A stretch of DNA of 61,769 nucleotides from an uncultured Pseudomonadales bacterium. Its GTDB lineage: Bacteria > Pseudomonadota > Gammaproteobacteria > Pseudomonadales > UBA7434. The stretch lies in contig CAJQQO010000028.1 in the NCBI GenBank assembly GCA_905480475.1, forward strand, positions 1 to 61,769, written 5' to 3'. The notes below the pieces were generated by a model, which saw only the letters and a list, made by a program, of their open reading frames with translations, was not told where the DNA came from and made no database searches. Each line of letters begins with the position of its first letter. Within the stretch, counting starts at the first letter, position 1. A program made the translations under genes and the position numbers. Of the stretch, positions 1 to 9,204 are shown one piece after another.

Positions 1-29
1 CATCGCCTGGCGCACGCGAGCGAGGCAAG

Positions 30-151
30 AAGCGAGCGACCGGCCTGTGCACGTGCGCGCGAGCGAAGCGAGCGACCAACCTTACCGCGACCGAAGCGAG
101 CGGCAAGCGTGCCGTGTGCTCGCGCAGCGAGCTCCAGGAGAAGAAGCGAGG
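30..151. repeat. Dispersed direct repeats of a GC-rich 12-mer (AAGCGAGCGACC and truncated variants) in an anomalously GC-rich block
   Basis: AAGCGAGCGACC at 30-41 and 66-77. Truncated copies AAGCGAGCGG at 94-103 and AAGCGAGG at 144-151. Palindromes GCACGTGC (49-56) and GCTCGC-GCA-GCGAGC (118-132). Confidence 0.6.
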
Positions 152-2217
152 GCCACTATCACCGGCCGAAGGCCAAATTTGCGGGTGAGGGATGGGCGAT
201 AATCGCTTTTATCGGCGTACTAAAATATATCTTTTATAACTTTGCTTTTTTACAGCGAATTAAAAACTACCAGCTGATTGTTGCCATGATCGCTGTATCA
301 ACACTCTGTACTGCATTACCTTTCAATTTGGCTGATTGGATTGTCCGCTCCTCTGCAGTGATTGAAGTTTTTATCACCTTAGCGCTATCAGTTATCGCCT
401 ATAGACAAGGGCACCCGGCCATCGCCACCACTATCGGCCCGATTAAATTTACACTATTTTTTCTTATTGTATTTGCGATCTTTCAAGCCACGCAGGGTAC
501 GCTCTCGGAAAACCATATTGAGTTATGGCTAGCATCCTCAGTTATGCTGGAAGCCGCCTTGTTAAATATCATTATGCTAATTTTGCATCATGCCCGCGGA
601 CAAGCGCAGCTTTATACCTCGATCAATGCTGCTAAAAAGGCACAGCAGATCGCAACTATATCTCCGCTGCTAGGAAACACAAGACACGACTTACGCGCGT
701 CCCTATCCGATATTATCGGTTTATCCGAACTTATTATTGAATCGCCACTAGATCAGGCGCAACGCAAACATATTCTGGATCTACAACGTTCCGGCCGTAA
801 AGCCTTGGAGCAGATAAACCAAATATTCTCATTTCAAAGCCAAGACAAACCGCTACAAAAAAGTCAAGAGCCCTTTAAACTCAGTACGCTGCTATCCGAA
901 AGCACACAGTATTATGGCTACCGCGCCGACGAGCTAAAAAAGGAAATCATCGCAGAGCTTTCATCTGACGCCCCGGATTATTGGACTGGCGATCACGAAC
1001 AGATTCGTCAGTTGCTAATGCATATTCTTGAGCACTTTCTTGCCACTAAGCAGTACGGCGAAATTCGTATCGAGCCGGGTAATTTCTCTAACCATTCACT
1101 TGATATCGTATTTAATTTAAAAGCCAATCAAATTGATACTGAAGAGTCGCAGAATAAAAGCCACGAGATATCTGGTGCCCGCGCCATCTTAAAACGTCTA
1201 GGCGGTGAATTATCGCTCACCAGGTCAGACAAGAGCTTATCAATTTGCGCACAGATTCCTGCAACGGTTAATAATCATCGTGAACAAAATTTTCACGATA
1301 TGGATTTATTAAGGAACCGTCGGATTATTATTATTGATGACAGCGAAACATCTTGTAATGTAATTGAATCCTATCTGGTTCGTTGGGATATTCTTAGCTT
1401 TAAAGCCAACAACTTTAATGATGCCTTGGCGATCATTCGGCATCAGGCGTCGATAGAGCAGCCACTTGATTTAGCACTGGTTGACTATGTTATGCCCGAC
1501 GTTGACGGCATAGAAGTATCACAACGATTGCGAGCAGACCCTGAAGTACCTAGCAATCTTGCGATCATCATCATGTCCAACGCCGCATCCTTTATCGATA
1601 TGGATAGCGTGAAAAACTATGGCGTAAAAAGAGTGCTAGACAAACCGGTACTCGGGCACACTCTTCAACTGGTCCTACTCGAAGAGTTTTATTTTTTAAA
1701 ATCCTTGGCCCATGGTATTGCGCAGCAACACAATCTAAACGATCAAGCTGAGCATCAAGTAGCTAGTGATAACGATCATTCTGTAGGTCATTTAAGCGCC
1801 GAGGTAAAAACATATAACCCCATCAAGCTACTAATGGTTGAAGACAACCCGGTTAGCGCAAAAATTGTTGCTGTGATGCTTAAAAAGCTAGCGATTGAAT
1901 ACCAGCATGTACAAACCGGTGAAGCGGCTTTAAATGCCGTTGATGCCGAGGACTTTGATATTATCCTGATGGATTGCGAATTGCCCGACGAATCCGGTTT
2001 TGACACCACTCGAAAAATCCGAGCGCTTGAAAAAAATCGTCAGCAACAGGACCGACTTAACATGAACAAAAAGCCCATATCAATTATCGCCCTCACCGCC
2101 TATGATGATGTCGAAAGTCGAAAGCAAAGTTTGGCCGCCGGTATGGATGAATACCTATCAAAACCCATTAATTTAATGCAATTAGATGCCGTTATTAGTC
2201 GAAGTTATAGATCATGA
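109..2217 (+). CDS. Membrane-bound hybrid sensor histidine kinase-like protein with two C-terminal receiver domains; the catalytic ATP-binding domain looks degenerate
   Basis: Several N-terminal hydrophobic helices. H-box 'NTRHDLRASLSDIIGLSEL'. Two REC domains ('IIIIDDSE..LVDYVMPDVDG..DKP' and 'LMVEDNP..ILMDCELPDESG..SKP'). The frame is open back to base 1, so the start is uncertain (GTG 109, ATG 286, or upstream of the window). Confidence 0.75.
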   Translation: MPCARAASSRRRSEGHYHRPKAKFAGEGWAIIAFIGVLKYIFYNFAFLQRIKNYQLIVAMIAVSTLCTALPFNLADWIVRSSAVIEVFITLALSVIAYRQGHPAIATTIGPIKFTLFFLIVFAIFQATQGTLSENHIELWLASSVMLEAALLNIIMLILHHARGQAQLYTSINAAKKAQQIATISPLLGNTRHDLRASLSDIIGLSELIIESPLDQAQRKHILDLQRSGRKALEQINQIFSFQSQDKPLQKSQEPFKLSTLLSESTQYYGYRADELKKEIIAELSSDAPDYWTGDHEQIRQLLMHILEHFLATKQYGEIRIEPGNFSNHSLDIVFNLKANQIDTEESQNKSHEISGARAILKRLGGELSLTRSDKSLSICAQIPATVNNHREQNFHDMDLLRNRRIIIIDDSETSCNVIESYLVRWDILSFKANNFNDALAIIRHQASIEQPLDLALVDYVMPDVDGIEVSQRLRADPEVPSNLAIIIMSNAASFIDMDSVKNYGVKRVLDKPVLGHTLQLVLLEEFYFLKSLAHGIAQQHNLNDQAEHQVASDNDHSVGHLSAEVKTYNPIKLLMVEDNPVSAKIVAVMLKKLAIEYQHVQTGEAALNAVDAEDFDIILMDCELPDESGFDTTRKIRALEKNRQQQDRLNMNKKPISIIALTAYDDVESRKQSLAAGMDEYLSKPINLMQLDAVISRSYRS

Positions 2218-2295
2218 TATTCGCAGAGTAAAAGTCGAACATAGCGCCGAAGATAATAACGTTTTATTTAAAACCCGTTTAACGTAGCTTAAGTA

Positions 2296-3339
2296 ATGCC
2301 AAATCCGTTTAAAAACCCCCTATCACTATTTAAAAGCCCACTGTTTCATTGCCTGTTTTTGGCGGGCATTTATGTCTCGGTGCAATGGTTTAATCAACCG
2401 CCACCTGAGGTCGCCGTTTCAACGCAAGAGATAGCAGCGTTTGAGGAGGAATTACGCAAGTCTTTTGGTGGCAATCAAAAAATTGATCGCAATAAAATTA
2501 TTAGCCAGCTCGCTGAAGATAAAATTATTTATAACGAAGCGAAAAAAGCCGGCTTTGACAGGCTGGACACTGTCATCACACGACTGGCTAATGTCGCTGA
2601 TTTTTTACAGCTAGTGCCCAAAGACAGCTCGCTGGAACAACGCTACCAAGCGGCCTTAGCAATGAAACTCGATGAAACAGATATTGTTGTCCGTAGGCAA
2701 ATGATCACGCTATTTAAAACCGCTTTAAAAAGCAGCGCACCCACTCACACGCCATCCGAGCAAAATATTCAAAATCGCTACGATCAAAATCAAGCACAAT
2801 ATATTCAAGCCGCACGCTACGCCTTTAGCCATGTTTACCTGCAACAGAACAAGCAAAACGCTGGTCAAAACGATAGGCAACAGGCTGAAAAATTACGCGT
2901 GTTATTAGTCGAAAATTATATCCCTGATGCAGATAATATTAAGCCGGTGATGGACAAAGCCATTGCAAGTGGCAATGTTTTTTATGGTGGTCACTATTTT
3001 AACTTGCAAAACCAACGACAAATAGCCAGACATTTTGGTCAAAGCTTTGCAGAGAATATCGCAGAGGCTCCACTTCAACAGTGGAGCCAACCTATTGCAT
3101 CGGCATTTGGTCTACATCTTATTTGGTTATCAGAATCCACGCCGGCCAAACCAAAACCACTTAGCGAAGTTCGCCTTTCTATTGAGCGCGAGCTGAGTAT
3201 GCAAGCGCAAGAACAACATTATCAACAGCATTTAGATAGACTCACTAGCAAATACAAGGTGTTATTAGAAAGCGCCGATGGCGAATATAAACGCTTTGAT
3301 AACGGCATTGCGCAACAGCAAGAAGGAGCGGCCCAATGA
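2296..3339 (+). CDS. Membrane-anchored parvulin (PpiC)-like peptidyl-prolyl isomerase domain protein
   Basis: N-terminal hydrophobic anchor 'LFHCLFLAGIYVSV'. The C-terminal stretch 'FSHVYL...QPIASAFGLHLIWLSE' resembles PpiC-type rotamase domains. The stop overlaps the next start (ATGA at 3336-3339). Confidence 0.5.
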   Translation: MPNPFKNPLSLFKSPLFHCLFLAGIYVSVQWFNQPPPEVAVSTQEIAAFEEELRKSFGGNQKIDRNKIISQLAEDKIIYNEAKKAGFDRLDTVITRLANVADFLQLVPKDSSLEQRYQAALAMKLDETDIVVRRQMITLFKTALKSSAPTHTPSEQNIQNRYDQNQAQYIQAARYAFSHVYLQQNKQNAGQNDRQQAEKLRVLLVENYIPDADNIKPVMDKAIASGNVFYGGHYFNLQNQRQIARHFGQSFAENIAEAPLQQWSQPIASAFGLHLIWLSESTPAKPKPLSEVRLSIERELSMQAQEQHYQQHLDRLTSKYKVLLESADGEYKRFDNGIAQQQEGAAQ

Positions 3340-4343
3340 AAAACTGCCAACGCCACTTTTTTCTGTTAATACTAATCATTGCAGGCTGGCACAACTCGCT
3401 TGCGGCACATCCCTTAGCGCCGGGTTTATTAGCGCTGGTAGAAATTGAAGACAATCAATTTCAAGCCATCTGGAAGCTACCCAATAAAACCGCTGATCGC
3501 GGCAGCCTATTACCGTTTTTTCCGGATGCTTGCGAACTAGAAGACTTACAAGCACCGGTCGCAGTCGGCACGGGTCGCTCACAGAGTTTTAAACTGCACT
3601 GTACAGAACCCTTATTTGAAAGAATTATCGGTATAAAAGGTATAGGGCCCGGCAGCAGCGGTGTGTTATTACGGATTCAGTTTCTTGATGGGCAGATCGT
3701 GCATCAAATGCTAGGCAGCCAAACAAGTCAATTAATCATTCCTAGCAAGCAAAGTGTCGGCACTATATTCGCTCAATATATCTGGCTGGGTATCGAACAT
3801 TTACTGCAAGGTATAGATCATGTGTTATTTGTTATTACGCTAGCCATTTTAGTAGGCTGGCGTAAACAACTGTTCTGGACAATTACACTGTTCACACTCG
3901 GCCACAGTGTCACCTTAACCTTAACCGCGCTAGGCTTTATTCAATTCCCGGTATTTTTTATTGAAGCAATGATTGCACTCTCTATTGCTTGGGCAGCAGC
4001 CGACGTTATTCGAGATAATGTTTCTGACGGAAATAACACAAGCGGTTTATTAAAAAAACGCCCATGGTTAATGTCGGGTGGTTTTGGCTTATTACACGGC
4101 ATGGGTTTTGCCGGCGCGTTATCGGCAATCGGTTTACCACAGCAAGCGCTAACTTTATCGCTGGCGGCTTTTAATATCGGGATTGAAATTGGCCAGCTAT
4201 TGGTTATCGCAATATTTTTTGCGCTGGTCTATGCGGTTTATAAAATCGGCTTAACCATTCCGCCTCGACTAAAAACCGCAGCCTGTTATGCCATTGGCGT
4301 TGTCGGTGCTATTTGGTTTTGGCAACGCTTATTTGGCTTGTAA
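3336..4343 (+). CDS. HupE/UreJ family membrane protein (putative metal transporter)
   Basis: Signal peptide, then a periplasmic segment, then multiple TM helices. Signature-like 'GIEHLLQGIDHVLFVITLAIL'. GGAG 7 nt upstream of the ATG. Confidence 0.7.
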   Translation: MKNCQRHFFLLILIIAGWHNSLAAHPLAPGLLALVEIEDNQFQAIWKLPNKTADRGSLLPFFPDACELEDLQAPVAVGTGRSQSFKLHCTEPLFERIIGIKGIGPGSSGVLLRIQFLDGQIVHQMLGSQTSQLIIPSKQSVGTIFAQYIWLGIEHLLQGIDHVLFVITLAILVGWRKQLFWTITLFTLGHSVTLTLTALGFIQFPVFFIEAMIALSIAWAAADVIRDNVSDGNNTSGLLKKRPWLMSGGFGLLHGMGFAGALSAIGLPQQALTLSLAAFNIGIEIGQLLVIAIFFALVYAVYKIGLTIPPRLKTAACYAIGVVGAIWFWQRLFGL

Positions 4344-4383
4344 TTGCTATTCGAGCTATTAACTCGCGTTGACTAGCAAATAG

Positions 4384-6054
4384 CTATTTGCAGAGTCCGC
4401 CACCAATTAATTTATAAGGCTCACAATTATAGATTAATCGCCCTGCTTCACCATGTTGCCAATCCAATGCGGGCAGCGCATATGGCGGCGGCATACCTCC
4501 AGCGGGGGCGTCCTGTAAATCACTTAAAGCTTGAGGATAAGCCGCCCAGTCTTTTGGTGCGCGCCAGCCCGGCGGCGGCACCAATTCATTACGCAACCCG
4601 GCAACCGGATACAGTGTTCGCCAATAATGAATAGCTTCCGCCATCTTGCTTACTTGATCAGGAAACTCTTGCGCCAAATTATTATATTCATTGGGATCAT
4701 CCTGAATACGAAATAAATAGTTGGTGATATCGGTACTGCTTAAACCTTGCACCATTTCCTGCACTAGCTTCCATTCATCATTAAACGCCGTCAAATTAAA
4801 TCGACCCTTAATCGGCGTTTCTGAGGCAAAGAATAAATAATCATCTCGCTGTATCATTTTACCTTCAACAATCGCAGGCAACATATTTCTGCCATCTAAT
4901 TCAAAAGTGGTTTCTGCTGTTATACCTGCCGCCGCCGCAAGGGTGGGAAAAACATCCATCACCGACATAATGCTTTCAGCCTTTGAACCGGCATCTATTT
5001 TTGCAGGCCAACGCATGACCGAAACAACCCGGATACCCCCTTCAAAGGTTTCGCCTTTACCACCGCGAAGCGGTACATTATCAGCCCCGCCAGTTGCATA
5101 GGCTGCACCGCCGTTATCACTAAAAAATAAAACGATAGTATTGTCGGCTATACCCTCGTCATCGAGGGTATCTAACACCTTAGCTATAGACTGATCCATG
5201 CCGTCGACTACAGCAGCATACATAGGCCTTGCGCTGGGACGAAACATCATGCGTGACATTCGTCGGGACGAATCGGTATTATAACTACGCGCAGGCAATC
5301 GATTATCTTCAAGATCGGCATATTTTTCTTGTAAATCTTCCGGCGCATCAAGTGGTGTATGCGGGGCAATAAACGGCATATACATAAAAAACGGTTTACT
5401 CGTATCACGCTCTTTAATATATCGCGCCACCTCGTCACCCAATAAAAATGATTCATAACCTTGATCATCAATAGGCTTACCGTTTAACTGAAAGTCACGG
5501 CCACCCTGATTCGCAAACGGCGGATAATAACCAACCTCGGTATGCAGGTGACCATAAAAATGTTCAAAGCCACGCTCATTAGGATGATACGTTTGCTGCG
5601 CATGACCCAGATGCCACTTACCCACCATCGCAGTTTGATAACCCGCACCTAAGAATACTTGTGGCATAAAAGTTTCTGCAGGATGAACCCCAAAGTTATG
5701 CCAAGGCATAATCACACCGTAGGCAACACCTAAACGCATTGGATCGCGACCCGTCATCAAAGCCGCACGTGTAGGGGAACAAATCGGAGTGGCATAAAAC
5801 CGATCAAGCTGCACACCTTCGGCCGCTAGTCGATCAAGTGCGTGAGTATCTATATCGGTATTGCCATGAAAGCCTACATCGGACCAACCCAAATCATCTG
5901 CCACAATAACAATAATATTGGGCCTATCTTCAACACTTGCATTTGCCGCTGCCAATAAAGACATCGCTGCTAGAAAAAATAGCATCGAAAAAGTGTGCAC
6001 TGCAATTTTATTGACAGAAAAATCCAATGCTTTACCTATAGGGAATATGGTCAT
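4384..6054 (-). CDS. Cys-type arylsulfatase (secreted)
   Basis: Signal peptide ending 'LLAAANA'. 'NIIVIVADDLGWSDVG' and the sulfatase signature 'CSPTRAALMTGR' (C-x-P-x-R). Confidence 0.9.
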   Translation of the reverse strand: MTIFPIGKALDFSVNKIAVHTFSMLFFLAAMSLLAAANASVEDRPNIIVIVADDLGWSDVGFHGNTDIDTHALDRLAAEGVQLDRFYATPICSPTRAALMTGRDPMRLGVAYGVIMPWHNFGVHPAETFMPQVFLGAGYQTAMVGKWHLGHAQQTYHPNERGFEHFYGHLHTEVGYYPPFANQGGRDFQLNGKPIDDQGYESFLLGDEVARYIKERDTSKPFFMYMPFIAPHTPLDAPEDLQEKYADLEDNRLPARSYNTDSSRRMSRMMFRPSARPMYAAVVDGMDQSIAKVLDTLDDEGIADNTIVLFFSDNGGAAYATGGADNVPLRGGKGETFEGGIRVVSVMRWPAKIDAGSKAESIMSVMDVFPTLAAAAGITAETTFELDGRNMLPAIVEGKMIQRDDYLFFASETPIKGRFNLTAFNDEWKLVQEMVQGLSSTDITNYLFRIQDDPNEYNNLAQEFPDQVSKMAEAIHYWRTLYPVAGLRNELVPPPGWRAPKDWAAYPQALSDLQDAPAGGMPPPYALPALDWQHGEAGRLIYNCEPYKLIGGGLCK

Positions 6055-6235
6055 TATAGCTACCTGTGAATTTGATTCTTATGCAATTTATAACGACAAC
6101 TGATATAAACCGCTTAGCTTTTATAATATAAATATACTTATTGATGCACGCGCTGATTGCGCGTAAATATCGCTGGTCTACGCAATAATTGCAATCAGCT
6201 TAAACGAAGCGTAACCCGAATAGGCAGATAATTAT

Positions 6236-6742
6236 TCAGTCAATAATAACTCGCCAAGCATCAAGCTTTTGCTCAAAACTTTTCGAAGCATGGGCGGGAC
6301 TAGTCGATGGTAATCGGAGTGTGGATATATCCCGATCAATGAGTTGCTGACTTAAGTTAGGTAATACATGCCGCTTATACATTTGCTCGGCTTTTGCACC
6401 GTTAAAGTAAATCGCCACAATATTTTTATGGCCATCCAGAAAGCCAGTAAAGTCGTTAGGTACAATTGAGGACTCAATAATATCGGCATCGAGACTGGAG
6501 GCACGGTCACAAGCTTGCAACACATCCCACAGCGCGATATCGGCTTTTAACAAGCTCTGTAATTGTCGGGAATAACTACCAAGCTCAAACTGTAAAAGCG
6601 TGGCCATTAGTGGCCAAAACGCATTGCGCGGATGCGCATAGTATTGATTATCCATTAATGAGCGCTTGCCGGGCATACTGCCCAGGATAAGTGTGCGCAC
6701 CTTGGCATGACTAACTGGCGCAAAGCTTTGAAGACTGGCCAT
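6236..6742 (-). CDS. Uracil-DNA glycosylase superfamily protein, DNA-deoxyinosine (hypoxanthine) glycosylase-like
   Basis: 168 aa. N-terminal 'TLILGSMPGKRSLMDNQYYAHPRNAFW' matches the motif I recall for family-6 UDG / TIGR04274-type proteins. Confidence 0.6.
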   Translation of the reverse strand: MASLQSFAPVSHAKVRTLILGSMPGKRSLMDNQYYAHPRNAFWPLMATLLQFELGSYSRQLQSLLKADIALWDVLQACDRASSLDADIIESSIVPNDFTGFLDGHKNIVAIYFNGAKAEQMYKRHVLPNLSQQLIDRDISTLRLPSTSPAHASKSFEQKLDAWRVIID

Positions 6743-6786
6743 AAGAGCTATCTAAATATTTCTATACTAAAAAAATTTGATGCTAA

Positions 6787-8124
6787 CTAAATAGGATTAT
6801 GATCGATAATATCCTTTAAGCTTTTATCACCAAAGCGCTCATCAATCATTGCCCGCATATCATCTAGCAAAAGCGCAATCGGCGGCTCGCCACGAATTTC
6901 ACGCTCGCGCTGACCATCCAAACTTAACTCTCTTACCTTGCGCAACAGCTTGCCAATCATAATTTGCTCTGCAGGCAGGGCGGGATAAATATCAGACCCG
7001 CTTTCCCCAGCGCGAACAATATACTTTTGCACCTCCAAAAACTCTAACATGTCATCAACCAAATGCGGTGCAACACGTAAACGGCGACCCAGTGAATCAA
7101 CATCCCAAGCGGGCATTTTCTTTTGATAGTTATAAGCAACCAAATACAGCACACTTAATGCAAGGCTTTCAGAGTTCTCGCCATTTAAATGCATGCTGTC
7201 ACGGCGAATCAATATGTATTGCGGATTTTGAAAGTAAAACGAAACACTAGCGCCGACCAGCAATACCAACCAGCCAACGTACATCCATACCATTAAAATA
7301 ATAACCGAGGCAAAGGCCGAATATATCGCAATACTACTAGCAGAATTGGCGATAAAGGTAGCCACACCCCAACCCATGATTTTCCAGATAATCGCAGTAA
7401 CCAAGCCGCCCACAAACGCCGGTAGCAACTTAACCTGCGTGTTAGGCAAAAACATATAAATAAAGGCAAAACCGGTAGACATAATTAAATAGGGAATCAC
7501 ATCGCCGATAAGCGCCACCAAACTAGAGCCTGCGGGCAAGGCCTCAATATAGTTAATCACTACGCCAGTATTAGCCGAGGTGGTAATTGCCGCCGAAAGA
7601 AAAATCATTAAGGGGCCAACAAATATCACGCTTAGATAATCGCGAAAGCGCTGCGACATATTTCTATCACGCTTAATCTGCCAAGTGTAATTAAACGAAT
7701 GTTCAATTTTATGCATCATCGAAATAACACTGTAAATCAACAAAGCAAAACCCACTGCGCCCAACACCCCCACTTTGATATTGTCGATAAAGCTCATCAC
7801 ATTACTAATAATATCAAAGCGCTTATCGCCCAAATCTTCAAGAGCATCTAATAGCATTGGTTCCACTTCATTGTGTAAACCAAAACCTTTTAACACCGAA
7901 AAACTTAAGGCAAGCAAGGGCACGACGGCAATAACGGTGGTATAAACCAAACTCATCGCGCGCAAACTTAACTGACCATCTTTTAAATCGCGAATCACCG
8001 CATATAAAATACGTAAAGCTTTAATAACAATGCGCTGCCACATTGGTGCCACATGTAAATCCGTGCCCCACAACCAGTTTTCACCGCGCTGGACTATGCC
8101 TTGAATAATATTGGTCTCGCTCAT
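6787..8124 (-). CDS. YihY/BrkB family inner-membrane protein with C-terminal cytoplasmic extension
   Basis: 445 aa with six or so TM helices. 'LRAMSLVYTTVIAVVPLLAL' is typical of YihY (formerly 'RNase BN') proteins. Confidence 0.75.
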   Translation of the reverse strand: MSETNIIQGIVQRGENWLWGTDLHVAPMWQRIVIKALRILYAVIRDLKDGQLSLRAMSLVYTTVIAVVPLLALSFSVLKGFGLHNEVEPMLLDALEDLGDKRFDIISNVMSFIDNIKVGVLGAVGFALLIYSVISMMHKIEHSFNYTWQIKRDRNMSQRFRDYLSVIFVGPLMIFLSAAITTSANTGVVINYIEALPAGSSLVALIGDVIPYLIMSTGFAFIYMFLPNTQVKLLPAFVGGLVTAIIWKIMGWGVATFIANSASSIAIYSAFASVIILMVWMYVGWLVLLVGASVSFYFQNPQYILIRRDSMHLNGENSESLALSVLYLVAYNYQKKMPAWDVDSLGRRLRVAPHLVDDMLEFLEVQKYIVRAGESGSDIYPALPAEQIMIGKLLRKVRELSLDGQREREIRGEPPIALLLDDMRAMIDERFGDKSLKDIIDHNPI

Positions 8125-8192
8125 TTCCTACCTTTTCACTCTGCTTATAAATTCGACGCTTATAGATTTAACTGGAAAATACTGGCTAGCAC

Positions 8193-8849
8193 TTAGGAGC
8201 TATCGTCTTGGCCAAATGATGTGCCGCCTTGATTTAAATAGTCTAGCTCAGCTTGAGTGGACTTACGGTCTAATACTTTGTTGCGATGCGGAAAACGCCC
8301 GTACTTGAGAATAATATCTCGGTGCTCTACCGCGTAATCAATATAACCGGCAAACAGTCTTTGATATTGCTCGCCGTATTTTTTGGCAGCATCTTCGGCC
8401 AATTCAGTAAACAGCTCTACGCATAATTCCTGATCCGCTAATGACTCGGAATGTTCGAGTGGCAAATAAAAAAATACCCGCTGACTCAGCGTTAATTGTT
8501 TATCAAAAGCACTAGCTAAACCGGTTTTACAGATATCCACCACTAGTGCATCGCTGGCAAATGCCTTGGCGGTGCCGCGGAATATATTACGGGTAAACTG
8601 GTCAAGCAATAGGATTAACGCCAAACAGCCTGTCGGGGCGTTTCGCCAAGCCGATAATTCATCATGAGCGGCAGCCATAACACTTTGACTAAACTGCGCT
8701 TTAATTTGCTGGTCAATTGCCGCTCCGCCAGCAAACCACATTTGACCACGATCCTCAACAATATCCGCTGCGTCTTCACCAAACCAAAAATGTAGGATTG
8801 CATTAACATTCTGATTCAATGCGAGTTTATCGACCGTGTTCTCAGTCAT
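8193..8849 (-). CDS. DUF924 family protein
   Basis: 218 aa. 'ILHFWFGE..' N-terminus and '..LLLDQFTRNIFRG..' are characteristic of DUF924. Confidence 0.7.
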   Translation of the reverse strand: MTENTVDKLALNQNVNAILHFWFGEDAADIVEDRGQMWFAGGAAIDQQIKAQFSQSVMAAAHDELSAWRNAPTGCLALILLLDQFTRNIFRGTAKAFASDALVVDICKTGLASAFDKQLTLSQRVFFYLPLEHSESLADQELCVELFTELAEDAAKKYGEQYQRLFAGYIDYAVEHRDIILKYGRFPHRNKVLDRKSTQAELDYLNQGGTSFGQDDSS

Positions 8850-9204
8850 CTCCTGCTCCGCATGACATTAGCTATTCAACAAATAAAAATTGGAGGCAAA
8901 TTAAACCACAAAAATTGGCTGACTAATGCGCCACTGAACATTTTTCCCGCCTAAAGCATTGAAATATCCGACATCGTCACCATATTGGCAATGTTGGTGA
9001 GCTGGCAATCGACATCTATAACGATAAAGATTCAACAATAATTGCTTGGATTCGGCCAGTAGGTTTTGATAAAGCATCTGTTACACTTCGGCTTCAGTCA
9101 TATTTTGCTGTCAAACTCATCTTGGCATAGAGGGCCTAAGCAGACCCCCCTATATTAAAGCGATATTAAAGTGCCCACATTACAGCACCCAACCACTTAA
9201 GAGA

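Noticed and set aside
4384-6054. Missing formylglycine-generating enzyme next to the Cys-type sulfatase
   Set aside because: Sulfatase maturases are frequently unlinked to their sulfatases, so absence from this window is not informative.
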